The notes: generated by a model from the letters alone, not told the origin. DNA of 64,000 nucleotides from Candidatus Latescibacterota bacterium (GCA_965248755.1 OZ252149.1:2336001-2400000); one strand, 5' to 3'; positions 29,516 through 41,168 are shown, numbered from the stretch's first letter. Made by a program: numbers and translations.

Positions 29516-30175
29516 ATGATCTGGGACGCTCTGAGTCTCTCGATTTCCGTGTCCAGCGCGGCGATAGTTATAATAGGTATTCTGGGCGGAGGGCTGGGAT
29601 TGGTACTGGCTAAGAGAAATTTCTTCGGAAGGGAGTTCCTAGATTCTCTGGTCACGCTCCCGATGGTGCTCCCTCCTGTAGTAGCAGGATACTATCTGAT
29701 AATTCTGGTCGGAAGGAGAGGGATCATAGGAAAATACCTCTATGAGTTGACAGGATTGAGCCTGACATTTACGTGGCAGGCGGCTGTGCTTGCATCAACG
29801 GTAATAGCTCTCCCTATTATGGTAAAATCGGCAAAGGCGGCGTTTGAAGGTGTAGATAGAGACCTGGAACTTGTATCTTATACGCTGGGGAAAACGAGAT
29901 TAGAGACGTTCCTTAAGGTGACACTTCCCCTTGCAAAGAACGGCCTTATAAGCGGATTGGTGCTCAGCTTTGCAAGGGCAATAGGAGAATTCGGAGCTAC
30001 ACTGATGCTTGCGGGGAATATAAGGGGAAAGACTCAGACGATACCTTTAGCGATATATGAGGCATTTACCACGGGGCAGGACACGCTGGCTCAGATATTA
30101 GTGCTGATTTTGACCTCTCTGTCGGTCATTATAATATATGTAACGAATAAGATAGGTGGACTGAGGAGCTTCTAA
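29516..30175 (+). CDS. modB: Molybdate ABC transporter permease
   Basis: LPMVLPPVVAG, FARAIGEFGATLM.AGNI.GKTQT. Confidence 0.95.
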   Translation: MIWDALSLSISVSSAAIVIIGILGGGLGLVLAKRNFFGREFLDSLVTLPMVLPPVVAGYYLIILVGRRGIIGKYLYELTGLSLTFTWQAAVLASTVIALPIMVKSAKAAFEGVDRDLELVSYTLGKTRLETFLKVTLPLAKNGLISGLVLSFARAIGEFGATLMLAGNIRGKTQTIPLAIYEAFTTGQDTLAQILVLILTSLSVIIIYVTNKIGGLRSF

Positions 30176-30325
30176 CCAGGTGCGATCGCTTCGGAGCGAG
30201 CGATCCTTTATACTGCCAAGGCCAAAGCAATCTGGCAGACAGCAGGCAGGGAAAGAATAGACTGCCTTCTTCGACATATCTTCAGGCGCTTTTAGATTGT
30301 CACCCTACATCAGAAATTGATAACA

Positions 30326-30481
30326 TTACGTTATCAGCTGTTCTGCTATCCATCTGCCAAGAGCCTCTTCACTCATTGCATCTCTTCCACTCTTATCCGA
30401 CCATTCTTCATATGCCGCGACAGCCTCTGGCTTGCCTTGTGGGTCAGGTTCATGGCACTTAGAGATTAAGTGTCCCGTCAT
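30326..30481 (-). CDS. Putative 51-aa small protein, below the ORF-track cutoff
   Basis: GAGGTG 5 nt upstream of ATG; translates to MTGHLISKCHEPDPQGKPEAVAAYEEWSDKSGRDAMSEEALGRWIAEQLIT*; starts 21 nt after the MFS remnant. Confidence 0.4.
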   Translation of the reverse strand: MTGHLISKCHEPDPQGKPEAVAAYEEWSDKSGRDAMSEEALGRWIAEQLIT

Positions 30482-30502
30482 ATCATCACCTCTGCCCAGA
30501 TA

Positions 30503-31350
30503 CTACGGTGTAAACTGCTCTTTCGGGACACTTATCTTGGCATCGGAGGCTATCCTGACCAGAACGGCGACCATCACCGCCAGCGCACTGATGATGCCTG
30601 TCACTGTGAAGACATGGTTTGCTCGTATGTTCTCTGCTATCCATCCAGATAGGCTAGACGCGAATGATCCCACCCCGAAAGCTATAAGAAAGCTGATTAC
30701 ATAGGCTGAGCTCCTCACCGAAGCAGTCGCATATTTGGCCACTAAACTGTTCTGCACAGGCTGGCTTGCAAAGTAGAAGAAGGCAAAGCCCATAGATGCA
30801 GAGATAAGAGGCAGATTCTGTGTTTGGCCTATTACAAACAAAAAGGGCGTGCTGCAGCATACGGACAATATCAAAAGATTCTCTATCCTCATCTTTTCAC
30901 AAACCCGTCCCCCCTGCCAGAAGGGCGATCGTAGTTAGCAACCCTCCTACCTCCAAGCCTCTTAGATGCAAAAGCGTAGGATCTATTGCGGCGACAAAGT
31001 ATGGCGGGAAGAAGGTCATAATCCCACTGTAGCAAAGGCCGCTGAAGACGCAGGACACATATAGCAGACTGAAAGGCAAAATCAGGGTCTTGACCTGAGG
31101 CAATGCCTCATCTCTGGACAAGCCACCTTCGGACTCCCTCTCTTCAAATCTCCAAAACAGCATAAGAAGAACTAACATAAGGCCCGGGATCGAGATGAGA
31201 ACTCTCCTCGATCCGAACCTATCCGCTATCATCCCTGCAGGCAGCGCTCCCAGGCCGAAAAGCAGGTATGAAATACTCCCCAATATACCTATGGATCATA
31301 GCATGCGCAATACCCGTAATTAATATGACTCTCTTTTCCGAACTTTGCAT
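30503..31350 (-). pseudogene. MFS transporter pseudogene (frameshifts and internal deletions)
   Basis: Three consecutive frames: MQSSEKRVILITGIAHAMIH, then LFGLGALPAGMIADRFGSRR (MFS motif A), then QPVQNSLVAKY...GWIAE. The total is about 280 codons, too short for 12 TM helices. Confidence 0.85.
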
Positions 31351-31382
31351 TTAACTTCCGCTCAGCCAAGATATGGACAGAC

Positions 31383-31413
31383 AAAATCCCGCACCCGAAA
31401 TAGAATGCGGGAT
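31383..31413 (-). terminator. Likely terminator of the radical SAM operon
   Basis: ATCCCGCA / TGCGGGAT stem followed by a short T run on the minus strand. Confidence 0.6.
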
Positions 31414-31464
31414 AGGTCTTTCGTCAAGACGGATCGGTTGCAGCACCTCTTAGTAGAAGCCAGG

Positions 31465-32262
31465 TCAAAATTTTCCTCTTCTTCTCTCCTTGGAGGGTAA
31501 TATCTCAAGACACGTCGTCCACCAGCCGGAGCGAATCGTATCTATGAACTCCTCTGGAATCTTCTCCCGCTTCATCTCCAAAGCCAAGCTTTCGTAGTCG
31601 TAATCCAAGGGGACAAATTGCACATCAAGCGAGCCATTACATGCTGTCAGAACAGTGTACCAGGCGTTGGTGCTCCCATCGTTCTCCGGGCGACCTAAAA
31701 CCCCGACGTTCACAAAGCACCTGTCCTTTGAGACCTCTCTTTTCCAATGTATTCCCGTATGTGTGGCCAGTATGACCTCTGCGTCGTAGTCGTCGAGAAG
31801 CTTTTCTATGAAGTGAGTCGGAGTCGTGGATTCCCAGAGGAATTCGTTAATCTTCCGGGGGGACCCGTGACACATCAGGACTCTGCGGTTGCCTATCTTT
31901 AGCCTAAACTCCCAGGGCAGTTCTTTCATCCATCTCCTGTTCTCTAGAGAGGTCTTAGCAAACGTATAGTTGTAGCTGATCTTGGCAAAATAGTTATCTC
32001 TAGGATCGGTGTAGCCGCACTGGCAATCCTTTAGCTCATTGGCTATGGAGTCGTCATAGTTGCCCCTCAGGACTTTGACGTTGTTATCCTTGAGGATAGG
32101 AAAGACCTTATCGGGATTCGGACCGAAAGCGCCAAGATCTCCCAGGCAGAAGACTTCATCCACGCATCTGTTCTTAGCGTCCACAATAGCCGATTCAAGG
32201 GCAATATGGTTGTTATAGACTCCACCGAACACGGCTATTTTATTGTAGCCAGAACTAAACAT
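31465..32262 (-). CDS. Calcineurin-like metallophosphoesterase with a CxC motif
   Basis: GGVYNN (variant first motif), CLGDL, RGNYDD..DCQCGY, CHGSP, THTG, NVG. The ATG at 32262 overlaps the radical SAM stop codon. Confidence 0.88.
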   Translation of the reverse strand: MFSSGYNKIAVFGGVYNNHIALESAIVDAKNRCVDEVFCLGDLGAFGPNPDKVFPILKDNNVKVLRGNYDDSIANELKDCQCGYTDPRDNYFAKISYNYTFAKTSLENRRWMKELPWEFRLKIGNRRVLMCHGSPRKINEFLWESTTPTHFIEKLLDDYDAEVILATHTGIHWKREVSKDRCFVNVGVLGRPENDGSTNAWYTVLTACNGSLDVQFVPLDYDYESLALEMKREKIPEEFIDTIRSGWWTTCLEILPSKERRRGKF

Positions 32263-33148
32263 TTTCGATGCCCGATGGAAGGTTGGAGCATATAGCTCCG
32301 TGCGTATAACAGGTGTAGCAGGCTTTGTGCCGCAGCCCAAAGCTCTGGAAGGATTCTTTCAGATTATCTCCTAACTTGGCGTCGGGGAAATCTATGAGAA
32401 TGGGGCATACATAGACACCTTTATCCGTGACCATACGGCTCTTTGAACATATAAGCTGCCCGGCGTCATATCCATCCATCATGTCCTCTGTGACCACCTC
32501 CCAGTCTTCGTAGTCGCCGATCCTCAAAAGTTCTCTACCTATCTTCAACGAGGGAAGGATCTTGAGTCTGGGCCTTTGGTAGCCTATTGCCTTTAAGGCT
32601 TTGATAAAGCCCTTTTGCACCCTCTCATCTTCGGCTTGAGCCCAGACCCTTGTGGCGGTTATTATGGGCAAAAAACCGTAATTGACCAGTAACTTGACGC
32701 CTTCCATAGCCCTGTTAAACGTCCCTTCTCCTCTTATAGGATCGTTCTCCTCCGGCCTGAAGCCGTCTAAGCTGACTCTGAACTCCAAAGAATAGATGGA
32801 ATTTGCCTCGATCTGAGATAATGCCTTTATAACCTTATCTTTAAGAATTGTCGCGTTCGTAAGGACAGTGGCAGGACCAATTTTTAATGTCTCCTCTAAT
32901 ATCTCCACAATTTCTCTATTCATAAATGGCTCGCCGCCTGTGAAATAGTACTCCTTGACGCCCAATTTCTCGGACTCCAGGAGGTATTTCTTTACCTCCC
33001 CAACGGGCATAAAGCCAAACGAATGGTTCTTCGGGCCACAGCTTATAAAGCAGTGGACGCACTCCAAATTGCAGATCGTCCCACCAATCTGAAACCACAG
33101 GTTGTCAAGGGATTCAAGGGATATGTAAGGATAGTTCATCTTTCCCAA
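32255..33148 (-). CDS. Radical SAM protein, ArsS-related, with Cys-rich C-terminus
   Basis: CNLECVHC (CxxxCxxC), FTGGEPF, LTNAT, RVSLDG, and C-terminal LICS..VCP..CYTC....C. Confidence 0.92.
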   Translation of the reverse strand: MGKMNYPYISLESLDNLWFQIGGTICNLECVHCFISCGPKNHSFGFMPVGEVKKYLLESEKLGVKEYYFTGGEPFMNREIVEILEETLKIGPATVLTNATILKDKVIKALSQIEANSIYSLEFRVSLDGFRPEENDPIRGEGTFNRAMEGVKLLVNYGFLPIITATRVWAQAEDERVQKGFIKALKAIGYQRPRLKILPSLKIGRELLRIGDYEDWEVVTEDMMDGYDAGQLICSKSRMVTDKGVYVCPILIDFPDAKLGDNLKESFQSFGLRHKACYTCYTHGAICSNLPSGIENV

Positions 33149-33196
33149 TGTTAATAGCTCCTCATTAAGAAGATCTTTCCCTTAGGGCAGCGTTGT

Positions 33197-33910
33197 TCAC
33201 CTGACACATTCGTAATGCTTCACCAATTTCTCAGGCGGAACTTCCAGAGAATACAGGAGCTTGAGCAACCACATCTTAAGGACAGTCTTCCAGACTCCGT
33301 TCTTTTCCCATCTGCGGGCAGATGCCGTTACCTGTTCGTCCAGCATCTGGAAATTACCCGTTCTGGAGAGCTTTTTGCAGAACTCAGAGTCCTCAAATAT
33401 CGGTATCTCCGGAAAGCCACCGACTCTCTGAAAGACATCTTTGCGAACGTATATTGCCTGATCCCCGTAAGTGATACCCAAATATTTTGACCTCAGCGTA
33501 CTCATCACACCTATTAGGCGATAAGACATTCCACCTTCTGAGAGCCTAAGTCTAAATCTACCTCCCACTGTTCCGTCGCCGTTTATAGAGTCTATGATCT
33601 CATCGAAGGCGTTCTGTGGGAGATAGGTGTCGGTGTGGAGGAAAAGCAGAATGTCTCCACTAGCTCTCTCAGCCCCTGCGTTCATCTGCGCAGCTCTTCC
33701 CGGGATCTTGCTTAACAGCACCTTAGCTTGAGAGAATTCAGATGCTATATCCCAAGTTCTATCCGAACTGCCGCCATCTACCACGATTATCTCACAATAG
33801 CTAGCGCAGCTTCCACCCCGGTCTAACCTCTCAAACTGCCTCAGACACTCCGATACTGACACCTGTTCGTTTAAAACCGGAATTATAACCGTGATCTTCG
33901 GTCCGCACAT
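33197..33910 (-). CDS. GT2 glycosyltransferase, TIGR04283 (rSAM/arsenosugar-associated) type
   Basis: VIIPVLNE, VVDGGSSD, GRAAQMNAGA, LFLHTDT, YGDQAIYV, GGFP.IPIFED, ASARRW..NGV. Confidence 0.9.
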   Translation of the reverse strand: MCGPKITVIIPVLNEQVSVSECLRQFERLDRGGSCASYCEIIVVDGGSSDRTWDIASEFSQAKVLLSKIPGRAAQMNAGAERASGDILLFLHTDTYLPQNAFDEIIDSINGDGTVGGRFRLRLSEGGMSYRLIGVMSTLRSKYLGITYGDQAIYVRKDVFQRVGGFPEIPIFEDSEFCKKLSRTGNFQMLDEQVTASARRWEKNGVWKTVLKMWLLKLLYSLEVPPEKLVKHYECVR

Positions 33911-33916
33911 AATACC

Positions 33917-35185
33917 TTAATCCATGTGTAACGCTGAATCCGCGTAGAGGTCTAACTTTGAATCGTTCTGCAAATATGAAAAGACGTCTTTTATCTGCAA
34001 GAGTCCAACCTTGATCAGAAATGTGGAGTTAAGTCCGTAACTTTTGCTGCCCAATATGAAGAAGCCCGGCTCAGGATTGATCAGGGATTCCACGCCGTGG
34101 CTTGCTTGCTCCAGGCAGTCTTCTGATTCTATACCCAAAAGTTCTGTGGCCAGTTTGATAGGTCCCTTAGTAGCCCAGCACTCGTGGACTTGCAGTTCGC
34201 TGTATATACTATTATCGGGGCTATAGCCCACGTTGGCCAAGACGCGGTCGAACTCTTCTTCGAAGGTCTCATCCTCCTTCCTCATCGTCACCGTTACGCT
34301 CCCATTCTCTGAGCATCTGTGAATCTCTTCCACGACTATGCCTCGCAGATGCTGAATATGAGGGGAGGCTCCATCGGCAATTGCGTTGGCTCTTTTAATC
34401 AGATCATCTCTTTCGATTAACTCGTCTCCGGGTATAGATTTATAAGGGATCTTCTTATCTCCTTTTGCGATCGTTATCCAAAGGACGGATGTGCCTTCAA
34501 CTTCGGATGCCAACTTATCTAGATCACATGCACTTGTCGCTGCTGAATAGCCACTTCCTATGACGAGTGTCCGTTTCCCTGCGTATCTATTTCGATCTTT
34601 CCCCAGGACATCATCTAACAGATACGAGATGCTTGAGACATTGGCTCTTTCACCCAGAGCCGGAATGCCCCCGTCGCCCACATAGTTATGATTTCCGTAG
34701 ACGCCCGATGCATCTATCAGGAAATCAGAATAGAATACCCTCTCCTGACCATCTCTTCCTTGTGTTAGGATGCGAAATCTTTTTTCACCTCTTTTCACAT
34801 CGCCGATGAGATCATGTTTTAGAAGGTTCTGCCGGCTTATTGCGACTATCTTTGTCCCCTGGAATATCCTCCCCCTCAGGATGGAGAGTCGGCTGAGACG
34901 AATAAGATATGCTTCGACATATTCTCTACCCGTGGGACATTCATCTGCTGCGGGACAGAAATTCTCTCCATCCTGGGCAAGCAGCATTGCCCCCAACCGC
35001 GAATAGTTGAATCTCCACGGAGAGAACATCTTAACATGTCCCCAGCACAAGATATTTTCTCCGACACAGCCCCTTTCAAAGACCTTCACATCGTACCCTA
35101 AATTGAGAGCATAGATCCCGGCTTCCAGACCGATCGGACCAGCTCCGATTATCGCCAAGCTGCGGGGATCTTCGATCGAAGTCAT
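33917..35185 (-). CDS. FAD/NAD(P)H-dependent oxidoreductase (flavin monooxygenase-like)
   Basis: IIGAGPIGL, WGHVKMFSPW, IDASG, VIGSGYSA, ANVGY.PD, VHECWA, PEPGFFILGSKSYG. The ATG at 35185 follows AGGAG. Confidence 0.9.
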   Translation of the reverse strand: MTSIEDPRSLAIIGAGPIGLEAGIYALNLGYDVKVFERGCVGENILCWGHVKMFSPWRFNYSRLGAMLLAQDGENFCPAADECPTGREYVEAYLIRLSRLSILRGRIFQGTKIVAISRQNLLKHDLIGDVKRGEKRFRILTQGRDGQERVFYSDFLIDASGVYGNHNYVGDGGIPALGERANVSSISYLLDDVLGKDRNRYAGKRTLVIGSGYSAATSACDLDKLASEVEGTSVLWITIAKGDKKIPYKSIPGDELIERDDLIKRANAIADGASPHIQHLRGIVVEEIHRCSENGSVTVTMRKEDETFEEEFDRVLANVGYSPDNSIYSELQVHECWATKGPIKLATELLGIESEDCLEQASHGVESLINPEPGFFILGSKSYGLNSTFLIKVGLLQIKDVFSYLQNDSKLDLYADSALHMD

Positions 35186-35499
35186 TACCACTCCTGACAC
35201 CGTAACTCAACCTTGGCAGCTTGCAGGCTATGCAAATAAGAAGCCTAAACTCTCGTTTAGTTGCATCTCCCAAAAACTTACTCTTATCTCAGTTCCCCGG
35301 ATTATCCTAGTAGGAGACTTCAAGGAGGATTCTACCTGTCTGTAAAGTGGTCTATCAGGTAGTGAGCGAAAGCGTAAAGTATTAACAATAGAAACCATCT
35401 TATCTTTCCTAATGTCTTGTCTATCTTGTCTTCTGATACTGTGTCATGAATAGTCTCAACGTTGTGGTTCTTCAGATCTCCTACGAAATTTGATCCGTG

Positions 35500-37075
<1,576 letters not shown>

Positions 37076-37084
37076 TTATACTTA

Positions 37085-37407
37085 ATCACCGTTGGTGCCG
37101 GTGAACCTCTCCAGGGATGCTCATAGCAAGGTGTATGTATGGATCGGCGGATCGGCGCCCTTGGGATGAATCTGATGGAAATGATTCTTCGGCAGCAAGA
37201 TGAAATCTGCAGAGAGCGCATGGATCGGCTCAGAACGGCCTTCGATCCCCCAGTCTATTTCACCCTCCAGTAATGGCCCACCATTCGTGGTAGATATAAT
37301 AATGCCTATCGTTGCTCTGCCCAGGGAGGATCACCGTTCTTATTCTTCAGTTCGTCCAGTCTGGCGTGAAAGATCCCATCTTGAAGAACAGGTTTCACAT
37401 CAGCCAT
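37085..37407 (-). pseudogene. Cupin-domain protein remnant
   Basis: Fragments in three frames: MADVKP..GDPPWAE / NDRHYYIYHEWWAI / LEGEIDWGIEG..DFILLPKNHFHQI. These give cupin motifs 1 and 2 broken by frameshifts. Confidence 0.65.
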
Positions 37408-37617
37408 TAGCATCTCGTTCTCCATAGTGCGTGAGCATCTTATCCAAACTCCAAGATAACCTCTTTCCAATCTGAAGTCAACAATAATTGCTATGTAAGG
37501 AATATATTGTATCTGCTGAAAGGACTTGCCCTTGGATACAATCATCCATATATTATACTTACGCTATTCTATACTCATCTACGAACCGAGGCTCTCTCCT
37601 CACCTCTCAATTCTGAC

Positions 37618-38613
37618 ATGTTAAGACAGAAGATATTCGAAGGAAGTTACTACGACATAGGTCTGCAAAGGGCCAAAGACCTCACTACGCTGCCTATCCC
37701 TCTGCCTTCGCGTAAAGACGTAAACTTTGCAAACGAGTGCAGAAGCATAGTTCAAGCGATATATCCCCCTATGATAGATGAGTTTGAGGGCATTTTGGAA
37801 GCTGGAAGATTCCAAAGCGAAGCCTTTACTGCCTATTTCTTCGCCCGCACGGAGGGGATACTAAGAGGATGCACAAGCTTTGCCGCCCTCCCACCGATCA
37901 CTGCGGACAAAACCGTGATTGTTGGCAGGAACTACGATTGGATATACTCAGATCTTAAATGGTGCGAGCTGAGATACATAATACCTGACGGGGCTAATCG
38001 GACTCTATCTTACACACATCATTAGGCGGGCAGTCCTGACGTTCTCAATGAAAAAGGACTCTGTCTTACGATGGCGTCTCTTCCAACAAGAGACCCTCAA
38101 CAGCCAGGACTCCAGTGGATCATCGTGGTAGAAATTGTAATGGATACTCTCGGAAACGTCAGAGACGCTATAGACTTTATGCAAGCAGTACCTCATCTGA
38201 GGACAATGAGTTATCTTCTAGCTGATAGCAACGGTGACGCTGCGGTTGTGGAGGCTATGCCAGGCTGTGTACATGTCAGAGAACCGACGAACGGTTACGT
38301 AATAGCAACCAATCACCGCACAGGAGAAGACAACAAGGGAGGGCATACGTCGAGGCTCCGTTATGGCAGAGTAGATCAGATGCTGCGCAGACTACGGGGC
38401 ACTCTAGATGTCCACTCAGTCAAGGAAATACTCAGAGATCATACATCCTATATATGTTCCGGCACTCACGGAGATGTGGTAGATGTATCCCACAAAACGG
38501 GCCACGGATGGGGCACAATATGGTCTTTAATATGCAAGCCCCAAAGCAGGCAACTCTGGATAGCCCCAGGACATCCCTGTGAGGCAGAATATCAAGAAGT
38601 ACAGGGCTTATAG
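37618..38613 (+). pseudogene. C45-family (Ntn-hydrolase/acyltransferase) peptidase with an in-frame TAG
   Basis: GSYYDIGLQ, GCTSFA (catalytic Cys), VGRNYDW, then HH*AGSPDVLNEKGL, YLLADS, IATNH, SRLRY. The two track ORFs share one frame across the TAG at 38023-38025. Confidence 0.85.
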
Positions 38614-38679
38614 TTTTTGTAAACTCCTTATTAAGCAAGAAATATCAAACGTTCCATATATTCTAACGTTAGGGATAAA

Positions 38680-40209
38680 TTGATGTTTAAAAAGGTTTTG
38701 ATCGCAAATAGAGGTGAGATAGCCGTCCGGGTTATAAGAGCGCTCAGAGAGATGGGCATAGCCTCTGTGGCTGTATTTTCCGAGCCAGATAGAAAGGCGC
38801 TTCACGTTCTCTTGGCCGACGAGGCCGTCTGTGTAGGCCCCGCTGAGTCTATAAATAGCTATCTCAACATTGAAGCTATACTTGAAGCGGCTCAGAGAAC
38901 AAAAGCTGAGGCGATTCATCCCGGATACGGTTTTTTGGCGGAGAATCCCCTCTTTGCAGAAGCGTGCAGCCACAGCAGCATCTGCTTCATCGGCCCCTCA
39001 CCTGAAGCCATCGAGGCTATGGGAGATAAATTAAGGTCCAAAAAGCTGATGCAAAGCGCAGGGATTCCGGTAATTCCCGGATCACAGGAGGCAGTAGCTG
39101 ATGTGGATAGCATGATGGAGCTCGCGACCGATATTGGGTTCCCTGTACTCATCAAAGCTGCTGCAGGCGGAGGCGGAAAGGGTATGAGGATAGCAAGTAC
39201 CAAAAGCGAACTAACAAGTGCGGTCCGGCAAGCTCAATCTGAGTCGCTTTCGGCCTTCGGAGACGACAGACTCCTTCTTGAAAAGTTCATCCAAGACCCC
39301 AGACACATTGAAATACAAGTTCTGGGAGATTCTTTCGGGAATATAGTACACCTGGGTGAAAGAGAGTGCTCCATCCAGAGGCGATATCAGAAGATAGTCG
39401 AGGAATGCCCGTCCACCTTTGTCAACAAGCAGATGAGAAATGAGCTCGGGAAAGCCGCCGTTGCCGCCGCCACACTTGTAGACTACGTGAACGCTGGAAC
39501 TGTAGAGTTCCTCGTGGATCAAGATAGAAACTTCTACTTTCTGGAGATGAACACAAGGCTTCAAGTAGAGCATCCCATAACCGAGATGACAACCGGCATA
39601 GATCTTGTTAAGGAACAGATCCAAATAGCAACGGGCGCCAAACTAAGTTTTGGGCAGAAGGACATAAACATAAACGGTTCCGCAATCGAATGTCGAATCT
39701 ACGCTGAGGATTTCCTTAACAACTTCTCCCCCTCTGTCGGCGTCATTCAAAGGCTGCGGTTACCTGAAGGCCCCTGGATCAGAAATGACTGTGGAGTCTA
39801 TGAGGGCTACTACGTCCCTATTCATTATGATCCCTTGATAGCGAAGCTTTCGACATGGGGTCGCAACCGCACTGAGGCCATCCACCGCATGAGAAGTGCT
39901 CTTTCAGAGTACGCGGCAGATGGTATAACCACAACACTTGATTTTCACAGACTTCTCTTACATAATAAGTTCTTCCTGAAGGGCAATATAACTACACATT
40001 TTCTTGATAAGCATTTTACTATACAGAGAGATAGAGATCAACCTGATACCGACGCCGAACTTGCAGCAATCCTATCTGTCGCTGTAATGGAATCTAAGAA
40101 ATCTCAACTTACCTCACCTACAACAGATACTTACCCGTCTGTCTCAAATTCCTGGAAGCTCTCAGGTAGAAGGAGAGCTTTAAGTGGCAGGATGCCAAAT
40201 ACAAGCTGA
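38680..40209 (+). CDS. accC: Biotin carboxylase subunit (acetyl/propionyl-CoA carboxylase alpha type)
   Basis: LIANRGEIA, IHPGYGFLAEN, GGGGKGMR, ERECSIQRR, EMNTRLQVEH, YDPLIAKL. Confidence 0.95.
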   Translation: MMFKKVLIANRGEIAVRVIRALREMGIASVAVFSEPDRKALHVLLADEAVCVGPAESINSYLNIEAILEAAQRTKAEAIHPGYGFLAENPLFAEACSHSSICFIGPSPEAIEAMGDKLRSKKLMQSAGIPVIPGSQEAVADVDSMMELATDIGFPVLIKAAAGGGGKGMRIASTKSELTSAVRQAQSESLSAFGDDRLLLEKFIQDPRHIEIQVLGDSFGNIVHLGERECSIQRRYQKIVEECPSTFVNKQMRNELGKAAVAAATLVDYVNAGTVEFLVDQDRNFYFLEMNTRLQVEHPITEMTTGIDLVKEQIQIATGAKLSFGQKDININGSAIECRIYAEDFLNNFSPSVGVIQRLRLPEGPWIRNDCGVYEGYYVPIHYDPLIAKLSTWGRNRTEAIHRMRSALSEYAADGITTTLDFHRLLLHNKFFLKGNITTHFLDKHFTIQRDRDQPDTDAELAAILSVAVMESKKSQLTSPTTDTYPSVSNSWKLSGRRRALSGRMPNTS

Positions 40210-40210
40210 T

Positions 40211-40732
40211 ATGCAAGATAGATTCTACATCCTAACGCGAGAAGGCAAAACACACTCCGTCCAAGTAAAAAGACAAGACAATGCTTATATCATCACAGTG
40301 GACGATGTACAGTACACAATTGACGCAGTTGATATCATAGCACAAAGTCTTATCTCGCTCCTAATAGGCGATAGATCAATTGAAGTTGGTACTTCCGTAC
40401 AAGGCGACCAGTACACTCTATCTATAGGAGGATATCAATTCACGTTACAAGTAAAAGATGAGCTCTCCTTAGGAGCCTTTGAGAAATCCAAAGGTACAAC
40501 CCATGCCATAAAGCAAGAGATCTTGTCTCCCATCCCCGGTGTGGTCGCTTCTATTCAGAAATCCCTCGGAGACCATGTCAAGGATGGTGATACCCTAATT
40601 GTCCTTGAGGCTATGAAGATGTTTAATGAAATCACATCCCATCAAAACGGCATTCTAGAATACATAGCGGTAAAAAAAGGCGATGTCGTAGAATCTCATC
40701 AGTTGTTAGTCGTTATAGCACCAGGAAAATAA
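40211..40732 (+). CDS. Biotin carboxyl carrier protein with N-terminal BT-like domain
   Basis: SPIPGVV, GDTLIVLEAMKMFNEI (biotinylated Lys). Confidence 0.92.
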   Translation: MQDRFYILTREGKTHSVQVKRQDNAYIITVDDVQYTIDAVDIIAQSLISLLIGDRSIEVGTSVQGDQYTLSIGGYQFTLQVKDELSLGAFEKSKGTTHAIKQEILSPIPGVVASIQKSLGDHVKDGDTLIVLEAMKMFNEITSHQNGILEYIAVKKGDVVESHQLLVVIAPGK

Positions 40733-40779
40733 TTGCAAACCTGATAAGAGAGCAACATAAACTTCAATTACTTTGCCTA

Positions 40780-41140
40780 AGTATCCGCTTCTTCATTTTC
40801 CACAAGTAATTTACTCTTATTATAAATAATATAGTTATAACAACACTAATTATAATACTATGTTTATATGTTAATAACATGCCTAAAGAAGAGGAGAAGA
40901 ACAACACAATGCCATACGGAACCTAAAACCTTAAGATACTTGAATAGATAGGCAAATCGTGTGCATAGAAATCTGGAAAAGTCTAAGTTCTTCACTTCCG
41001 TCCCTTTACCTTGTGCGTAATTCCAATGAAGAGGTAGTGTTGTTAACATAGTTATCAACTTCTTTTGTGGATAACTATTACTGACTATACCAACCCTAAA
41101 CGGGCCGCGAAACGTGCTACGTTGCCAGTGGACAATATCT
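40780..41140. promoter_or_regulatory. AT-rich region with DnaA boxes downstream of dnaA (candidate oriC part)
   Basis: Perfect TGTGGATAA at 41066-41074, TTTTCCACA at 40796-40804, AGTGGACAA at 41127-41135; 40805-40880 is very AT-rich. Confidence 0.7.
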
Positions 41141-41168
41141 TTACTACATTTCCTGCATATGCTAAGGA

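Noticed and set aside
32255..35185. Selenocysteine in the radical SAM cluster
   Set aside because: No in-frame TGA interrupts these ORFs. The rSAM ends in TAG, and the TGA stops of the GT2 and phosphoesterase fall at natural-looking C-termini.
35200..35460. Riboswitch upstream of the flavoprotein operon
   Set aside because: Short stems are possible, but I recognise no aptamer consensus; an Rfam scan would be needed.
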